Shown piece by piece: positions 53,420-64,000 of a stretch of 64,000 nt of DNA. The translations under genes and the position numbers were made by a program. This DNA comes from Eledone cirrhosa (Eukaryota). The stretch spans positions 19,902,001 through 19,966,000 of the forward strand of contig OZ024761.1 of NCBI GenBank assembly GCA_964016885.1. The letters are read 5' to 3'. Position 1 is the first letter of the stretch; the number at the start of each line of letters is the position of its first letter. A model generated the notes under the pieces. That model was not told the DNA's origin and did no database searches. It worked only from the letters and a program-made list of their open reading frames with translations.

Positions 53420-55146
53420 ATATACATATTCATATATATATACACACACACGCACGCACATAAGCATATCTACACACACACACACGATAGCAACTAACAG
53501 TGCTGCGATCGAATGTGGCTTTTTAGCCCAGCCAATGATCTAAAATGTCTTGCACAGAGTCGGCAACCAAAACATTCACTGGGAATAGTCGGCTGTGGTT
53601 GGAGTTTGTGTACTTTTGCATGTCGCTTGAGCCCTCCTGCTGATTTACATTCTCTACTACATGTTTGGCAAGCATGATGAGTAGCATCTCCAACAGCAGC
53701 CTGGTATTCAACCACTGGTCTTACTTTATGACTGCGAAGATGACTTTCGAGTCCAGCTTTGCTTAGGCAGAGTCTCGCACAGACGCTGCATGTCAGCACC
53801 ATAGGAGGACCCTCGCCGTCTGGAAGTGCAACAGCAATGCCCTTCCTCACGTCCCGCTTTACTTTCTCGTGTGCGATTCGAGATGCCTCAAAGGCAACTT
53901 TTCCCTCATATACAGTCTTTCTCCATTTATTACGATCAGCAGCAATATTTTCCCATGTATCAGCAGAGATGTTAGCGTCTTTCAGAGAGGCTTTCAAGGA
54001 ATCCTTATACCTCTTTTTTGGTTTATGTGGCGGTCGTTTTCCTTTAACCAACTCTCCATAGAAGAGTTGTTTTGGTATTCTAGAATCCTTCATCCTGGCA
54101 AGGTGACCACTCCAACGGAGTCGTTGCTTAAGCACAAGAGCTTCTATACTGTCACACATAGAGCTTTCCAAAATCTCGACATCACTGATGTGGTCCCTCC
54201 AGTGAACGCCATGGATCCGTTTGAGACACATCTGATGGAAACGCTCCAATTGCTTAAGGTGGCGTCGATATGTGACCCAGGTCTCGCAGGCATAAAGAAG
54301 ACAAGAGAGTACACATGCCCTGTACACCTTTACCTTTGTCCTCCTGCATATGTCTCGCCAACCCCAGAGTCGCCTTTCTAGCTTTCCGAAAGCATCACTT
54401 GCTTTCCTAATCCTAAGTGAGATTTCACCGTCAAGGTTGCCGTATCGATTGACAGTGCTTCCCAGGTAGACAAACTGATCAACCACTCCAAGTCGTTTGC
54501 CATACACATAGATGTTTGGTTCAGTGTACTGCTTACTAGGGGCAGGTTGGTACATGACGACGGTTTTCTTGAGACTGACAGTCAAACCCAGGGCAGTGCA
54601 AGCGTCAGAAAATGCATTCAAAATGTGCTGCATATCACTCTCTGTGTGCGCTACAAGATCGCAATCATCCGCATACAAGAGGTCTCTTATGACTGATGTA
54701 AATACTTTTGTCTTCGCAGCAAAGCGCCTGATGTTAAATATGCTGCCTGAGGTTCGATATCGGATGTAAACACCATGCTCGCAATTCCTGAATGCAATAC
54801 AGAAAACCATTGCAAAGTATATGGGAAACAGGGTCGGTGCTGGAATATCCCCGTTTCACTCCATTTTTTACTGAGATAGGCTCCGACATTAACCCAAGCC
54901 TTCATGTCGTCATGGAAAGACCTAACTAAAGCAAGGAACTTATCAGGGCAACCAAGTTTCTGGAGAACCTTCCATAATGCATCTCTGTTGACAGTATCGA
55001 AAGCCTTTGTCAGATCGACAAAAACCTGATACAGATCCAAGCCTTGTTCAATGCACTTCTCCTGGAGCTGTCTAGCTGAGAAGATCATATCAGTAGTGCA
55101 GCGTCCAGCACGAAAACCAGATTGACTTTCAGGAAGGACACAATCA
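53420..55146 (-). mobile_element. 5'-truncated BovB-like RTE LINE with three C-terminal C2H2 fingers; frameshift near 54850
   Basis: [41 protein letters not shown], and three CxxC-x12-H-x3/4-H fingers. Confidence 0.95.
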
Positions 55147-55231
55147 TATATATATACATACATATATATATATATATATACATACATATATATATACATA
55201 CATACATATATATATACATACATATATATAC

Positions 55232-55262
<31 letters not shown>

Positions 55263-55603
55263 CATACATATATATATACATACATATATATATATATACA
55301 TACATATATATATACATACATATATACATATATACATACATACATACATATATATATATACATACATACATATATATATATATACATACATATATATATA
55401 TACATACATATATATATATACATACATATATATATATATATACATACATATATATATATACATACATATATATATATACATACATATATATATATACATA
55501 CATATATATATATATATAAACATACATATATATATATATATATACATACATATATATATATATATATATACATACATACATATACATACATATATATACA
55601 TAC

Positions 55604-55637
<34 letters not shown>

Positions 55638-55719
55638 ATACATACATATATATATACATACATACATATATATATACATACATACATATATATATACATA
55701 CATATATATATATACATAC

Positions 55720-55758
<39 letters not shown>

Positions 55759-55805
55759 CATACATATATATACATACATACATACATATATATACATACA
55801 TATAC

Positions 55806-55836
<31 letters not shown>

Positions 55837-56078
55837 CATCCATACATATATATATATATACATATATATACATACATATATATATATCCATACATATATA
55901 TATATATATATACATATATATACATACATACATATCCATACATATATATATATATATATATACATATATATACATACATACATATATATATATATATACA
56001 TATATATACATACAGACATATATATATATATATACATATATATACATACATACATATATATATATATACATACATATA

Positions 56079-56119
<41 letters not shown>

Positions 56120-56136
56120 ATATACATACATATATA

Positions 56137-56195
<59 letters not shown>

Positions 56196-56318
56196 ACATA
56201 CATATATATATATATATATATACATACATATATATATATACATACATATATATATATACATACAGTACATATATATATACATACATATATATATATACAT
56301 ACATAATATATATACATA

Positions 56319-56364
<46 letters not shown>

Positions 56365-56375
56365 CATATATATAC

Positions 56376-56410
<35 letters not shown>

Positions 56411-56421
56411 ATACATACATA

Positions 56422-56467
<46 letters not shown>

Positions 56468-56478
56468 CATATATATAC

Positions 56479-56521
<43 letters not shown>

Positions 56522-56525
56522 CATA

Positions 56526-56566
<41 letters not shown>

Positions 56567-56572
56567 ATATAT

Positions 56573-56635
<63 letters not shown>

Positions 56636-56636
56636 C

Positions 56637-56670
<34 letters not shown>

Positions 56671-56738
56671 ATTACATACATATATATATATTACATACAT
56701 ATATATATATATATATATACATACATATATATATATAT

Positions 56739-56816
<78 letters not shown>

Positions 56817-57140
56817 GTACATACATATATATACATACATACATATATATACATGACATACATATATATATACATACATACATATACATATTACATACAT
56901 ATATATATATATATACAATACATACATACATATACATATACATACATATATATATATACATACATACATATATATATATATACATACATATATATATACA
57001 TACATATATATATACATACATATATATATATATATATATAACATACATATATATATATATATATATACATACATATATATATATATATATACATACATAT
57101 ATATATATATACATACATATACATACATATATATACATAC

Positions 57141-57174
<34 letters not shown>

Positions 57175-57254
57175 ATACATACATATATATATATATATAC
57201 ATACATATATATATACATACATACATATTAATATACATACATATATATATATAC

Positions 57255-57293
<39 letters not shown>

Positions 57294-57340
57294 CATACAT
57301 ATATATACATACATACATACATATATATACATACATATAC

Positions 57341-57371
<31 letters not shown>

Positions 57372-57510
57372 CATATATATATATATACATATATATACAT
57401 ACATATATATATATATATACATATATATACATACATACATATCCATACATATATATATATATATATACATATATATACATACATACATATATATATATAT
57501 ATACATATAT

Positions 57511-57541
<31 letters not shown>

Positions 57542-57565
57542 CATATATATACATACATACATATA

Positions 57566-57596
<31 letters not shown>

Positions 57597-57626
57597 TACA
57601 TATATATATATATATACATACATATA

Positions 57627-57681
<55 letters not shown>

Positions 57682-57738
57682 ATATATATACATACATATA
57701 TATATTATACATACATATATATATACATACATACATAC

Positions 57739-57777
<39 letters not shown>

Positions 57778-57921
57778 TATACATACATATATATATATAC
57801 ATACACATATATACATACATATATATATATACATACACATATATACATACACATATATACATACACATATATATATACATACATATATATATATACATAC
57901 ATATATATATATACATACATA

Positions 57922-57989
<68 letters not shown>

Positions 57990-58142
57990 CATATATATAC
58001 ATACATACATATATACATACATATATATATATATACATATATATATATACATATATATATATACATATATATATATACATATATATATATACATATATAT
58101 ATATACATATATATATATACATACATATATATATATACATAT
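55147..58142. repeat. ~3-kb compound (TA)n/(TACA)n array
   Basis: Directly visible; similar arrays at 42482-42725, 44762-45190, 45800-46500 and 47046-48116. Confidence 0.98.
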
Positions 58143-58182
58143 AATAAATAAATAACAAAGAACGCTTATAGCATATGCATAT

Positions 58183-58240
58183 CTTTACTTGCTAACATTG
58201 TTTCATCCGCACTATAAGTGGGACTCATCAGAGCATAAAG
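58183..58240 (-). ncRNA. Minimal type I hammerhead ribozyme (Penelope-like pLTR type), intact core
   Basis: CTTTATGCT-CTGATGA-GTCCCAC ttata GTGCGGAT-GAAAC aat GTT-AGCAAGTAAAG. Confidence 0.75.
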
Positions 58241-59304
58241 GTTAATTACATACCATACAAGCAATAACAAATCCAAGACATTGAAGAATGAAAGGTAATA
58301 ATAGACGATAGAGGATAAGAATAAAAATAAAAATAAAAGTAAAAATAAAAATAAAAATAAAAATAAGGGGTGCTATCAGTCACAGTTGGGCGGTGTGCTG
58401 TCAACATATAGTTACATACAAGCATACACATGGATAAGAGAACAGACAAGAGTAGACACAATGGATAAGAGAACAGACAAGAGTAGATAAGATAATGGGA
58501 TTAGGTAAGAGTAGGTAAAAAATAGGTAAAAAATAGGTAAAAAACAGACTTATAATATATATAAAAAGAAATACAAAGAAATACATAACAAACTTACATA
58601 TAAAATATAAAATATAGGGTAAGGAATGAGATAAAATAATATAAAATTAAAAATTAAAAATGATATACATAGAACATAATATAGTATAATCGTAAAATAA
58701 GATAAAATAAGGTAAACTAAAATCAAATAACATAGACTAAATTAAAATAATATAATATAAGATATAATTAAAATCAAATGTATAATTATAATTATATGTA
58801 TAATTAAATGTAATTAAATGTAATTAAATAAATAAATAAATAAATAAATAAAAATTAAATAAATAAATAAAATTTAAATTTAAATTTTAAAATTTTAAAA
58901 TTAAAATCTAAATTTAAATATAAATAAATAAATAAATGGAGTCAAGTAAGTAAATAAATAAAATTAGATGACATGAAATGAAATAAAATGAAATAAAGTA
59001 AATTGAGATAAGATATATATTTTTTTAGAATATATCTCTTGAATATATCAGGGGCCCACGAAGGCACTAAATGTCACAGTTATGTGTATCACTTGACCCA
59101 ATTTTCTAAAATATATTTCTTGAAAACATCAGGGGCCCACGAAGGCACTAAGTGTCACAGTCACCAGTATCACTTGACCATTGCAAGGCAATGGAGGCGT
59201 CCCAGGTTGGGCAGTCTCGAAAGTTCACTCGAAAGTCATGGGTGTGCATTCACACAGTTGAGCGGTGGGGTAATCACAAACCGGTTCACACACCAATTTT
59301 TTAA

Positions 59305-60897
<1,593 letters not shown>

Positions 60898-61836
60898 TGT
60901 CTGTGTTTAAAACATTCAAACAGTAACCAGAATGAGCACACAATGCTTGTGAGTAGTGTTAATTTTATTGTGTATACATATATACGCAATATACATCTTT
61001 GTGTGTTGATACACATAATACACACATCCAACATAAATGTGCTGTTAGACCCACCGTTATATCTTTGAACAATATCAATGAAAGCTATATATAGAGGCAG
61101 ACAGACAGTTTTAGTGCTTAATTTGAAACATAAGCTACTAAAGTGATATGTTTCTCAAATATATATTTTAATTATATGGCAGTAGAATAAAAATAAATGT
61201 GTGAACGTGTGTGTGTGTAGATATATATATCTCTGTGTGAGTATATATATATATATATCTGTGTGTATATATATATAGATCTGTGCGTGTATATATATAT
61301 ATATATATGTGCGTGTTCGTCATAAAATACTTTATTAAATATAATTAATAAGTTAAATTCCATTAAATTCCTTCGTAATGTCTTTAAAATATAAAAAGGA
61401 AGGCGACAGGAATGGTGGGGCAAAGGCAAGGCATGCACATCACCTAATCTTATTTCGACACTGTTGTAGAATAGAAAGAAAGATAAGGCTTTTGTGTGTG
61501 GAAGTAAGAAAATTTAACAAATGACATTCCCGATGATTTCATACAAACGAAACACTTTTAGTCCTGTACAAGTCATTTATTTATATATATATATATATAA
61601 AGATGCCTGTACTCTACCAATGTATTGAGTACCTTTATTAACTGTAGTTACACTCATTCCCGAGTTTAATCGGGATCTACATATATATATATTTTGTGTA
61701 TATATATATATCGTATGTATATATATATATATATATATATATCTTGTATATTAATAGATATTTGTTAAAACAAAACATCGACAGAGGGAAAAGATACAAC
61801 ATTTAATTATGGAAGCTGAGGAACAAAATAACTCAC

Positions 61837-62050
61837 CTCTAGAGAGAAATCTTAATATCTGTATCGATGAAGAAGTTCGATTTTTTATGATTTTTTTTTT
61901 GTTGGACTTTCGTTAAAGATTCAGTTCGGATTTTACAGAGCAAAGTAAGCGATAAATTGACACAGTCGAAACTAATCGATGTTACTACCAAACTACGGCT
62001 ACGAGAAATTATAGAAAAAAGGTTTTGGGCTAGCTCTGTGTGAACTGTTT
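61837..62050 (-). other. Probable non-coding first exon of a gene divergent from MRPL51
   Basis: Consensus donor GAG|GTGAGT at 61837/61836; CpG-enriched patch. Confidence 0.45.
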
Positions 62051-62695
62051 CTTTAATAAACATGGACGGAAGAGAAGATCGTGTTTAACCTTCAGGTAGA
62101 GTATAGATATATATTGGTATTATATATTGATATATATATGTATTTATTGATGGATCGATAGGTATATATTCTTCGATTCTTTATTGGTTTATGCTGATAT
62201 TTAAGATTTTAATATATAGATAAAATAACGATAAAACCTTCAGCTAAAGTAATATATATATATATATGTATATTGATTGATCGATATGTATATATTCTTC
62301 GATTCTTTATTGGTTTGTGGTGATATTTAAGATTTTAATATTTAGAAAAACAAAACAACGAAAGCTTCAGGTAAAGTATATATTTATATGGGTAAAGAGT
62401 AAAGACACCCTTCAGTCACGAATACCACGGGATTTGTACCTAGAAAGTTTCTCCCTTCCGAGACACAAGTCCGGACAAGGTGTGTTTGAGGAAGACCAGC
62501 AATCTCCCCTCTACACACCCCGATGTTGTCCAAGGGGAAGGTAAAGGCCGATAAAGCCTGGCACCAGGGACAAAAATAATTTTTAATAAATTTATGAAGA
62601 AATGTGCTAAAATTCTTTTTCTCTCAAAAGGCCCAGCATAGGGTAATTTCATATATATGTTTCTCTTTGTCTTTCAGTAAATATCTTTGTGAAAA

Positions 62696-62945
62696 ATGTT
62701 GCTCTCAATTGTGAAGAAAAATGGACTGAATTTAGCTAAGTTGTTCACTGAAACTCCTCTTCTAAACCAAGAAATATGTGGAACTAAATGTTACAGCTTA
62801 TTGAAAGCTGCAGTCGGCAGGACTAGTCTCCAACGGTTAGCTTGTTATTCTACTAAAGTTCCCAGCACAAAACCAGCAAAAGAAGTGTCATATAAGTCTC
62901 CGAAACAGAAGCGTTATGGCTATCAATCAAAATATTTCACTGGAG
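62696..62945 (+). CDS. MRPL51: Mitochondrial ribosomal protein mL51, coding exon 1 (targeting peptide)
   Basis: Acceptor at 62677, ATG at 62696, K/R/S/L-rich N-terminus, donor GAG|GTAAG (phase 1). Confidence 0.8.
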
Positions 62946-63668
62946 GTAAGATATGTAAAATTATTGTTTCTTATATAGGTACAAGGCCACCAATTTGGGG
63001 GAGGGGAAAGTCGATCAAATTGACCCCAGTGCGTAACTGGTACTTTATTTTATCGACCCCCGGAAGGATTAAAGGCATAGGATATGTAAAATTATAAATC
63101 TATTTTGGATTATCATTTGCAATGAATAGAAAAAATATCTGGCTGTATGGAGGTCGTGAGAAAAAGCCCCCAGTACACAGTGGTTGGTGTTAGGAAGGGT
63201 ATCCAGCTGTAGAAACCAAGCCAGAAACAGTCACCTGATCTGACTTATCTCACAACAGGACAACTCGTCTAACCCATGCTATTGTGGAGAAATGGATGTT
63301 AAACAATGATCATTATTATTATTTTTACTGTAGTTACATTTGTGTTTTTCCAAACACAAATAAGAGGAAAAAGTACTCAATACTTGGAAGAGTGTTTATA
63401 TACAAGTTAAATTCCCATGATTTCACAATAAAAACATTGGGGTGTTATTTTGTAGGTCTTGGCAGGATACTCTTCCTGTCACCAACCACTTTACAGAGTG
63501 TACTGAGTGTGTTTTGTTGTGTAAATAACACTTGAGAGGTTGTCATGTCTATGGTTTAGCCGGTTTTCTAGTTGGATGCTCTTCCTATCACCAACAATTT
63601 TACTGACTGTATTGCATACATTGTATTTTGTAAATGAAATCCTAATTCTTCTCTTTCAATATTTACAG

Positions 63669-63779
63669 GACTTCTTCCTAGAAATGACAATGACAAACCA
63701 TTGCGTTCACTGAAGACATACAAAGTTCCAGATAACTGGGTGACCAAAAAGGCCTTGTTTGGACAAAATGATTATATTG
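63669..63779 (+). CDS. MRPL51: MRPL51 coding exon 2; gene continues beyond the window
   Basis: Phase-compatible AG/GT; GLLPR...DNWVTKKALFGQNDYI(D) matches the invertebrate mL51 FGQNDYIDILG motif. Confidence 0.85.
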
Positions 63780-63863
63780 GTAAATATTGTTAAACATTGT
63801 TAAAACCTTTCATACCAAATACTAAACTGCCACTTGTTTTAGGTTTCAAAATTTTGTCTTTAA

Positions 63864-64000
63864 CCCTTTAGCATTTACATTACTCTATATTTACCATTGT
63901 ATTTTTGTGGTAAAGACTTTATCTTACATAATTACCTCACATAGTATTGAATCTATGAAATTTTGATGTCATTTATTTTGAGAAAAATACCTTAATGTCA
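63864..64000. mobile_element. Left end of another piggyBac-type MITE
   Basis: TTAA|CCCTTTAGCATTT. Confidence 0.6.

Overview
AT-rich, repeat-saturated animal DNA. The SINE/LINE families and huge (TA)n/(TACA)n arrays suggest an octopus-like cephalopod (inference, not tested). Host genes: an intronless pinin (PNN) CDS (35738-37561, -), the first two coding exons of MRPL51 (62696-63779, +) with a probable divergent first exon, and possible small minus-strand exons at the left edge. Most of the rest is retroelement-derived: several RTE-clade LINE families (one with a PHD finger in the RT, one with three C2H2 fingers), a Tx1/L1-clade LINE nested in an (AAT)n tract in the 3'UTR of an RTE, four bipartite non-autonomous RTE derivatives, Penelope-like remnants with hammerhead motifs, tRNA SINEs, and piggyBac, mariner, hAT and foldback MITEs. 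Highlights: microsatellite-nested retroelements with twin-priming-type inversions, candidate self-cleaving ribozymes, and a minisatellite born inside a MITE. All calls were made by eye and boundaries are approximate.
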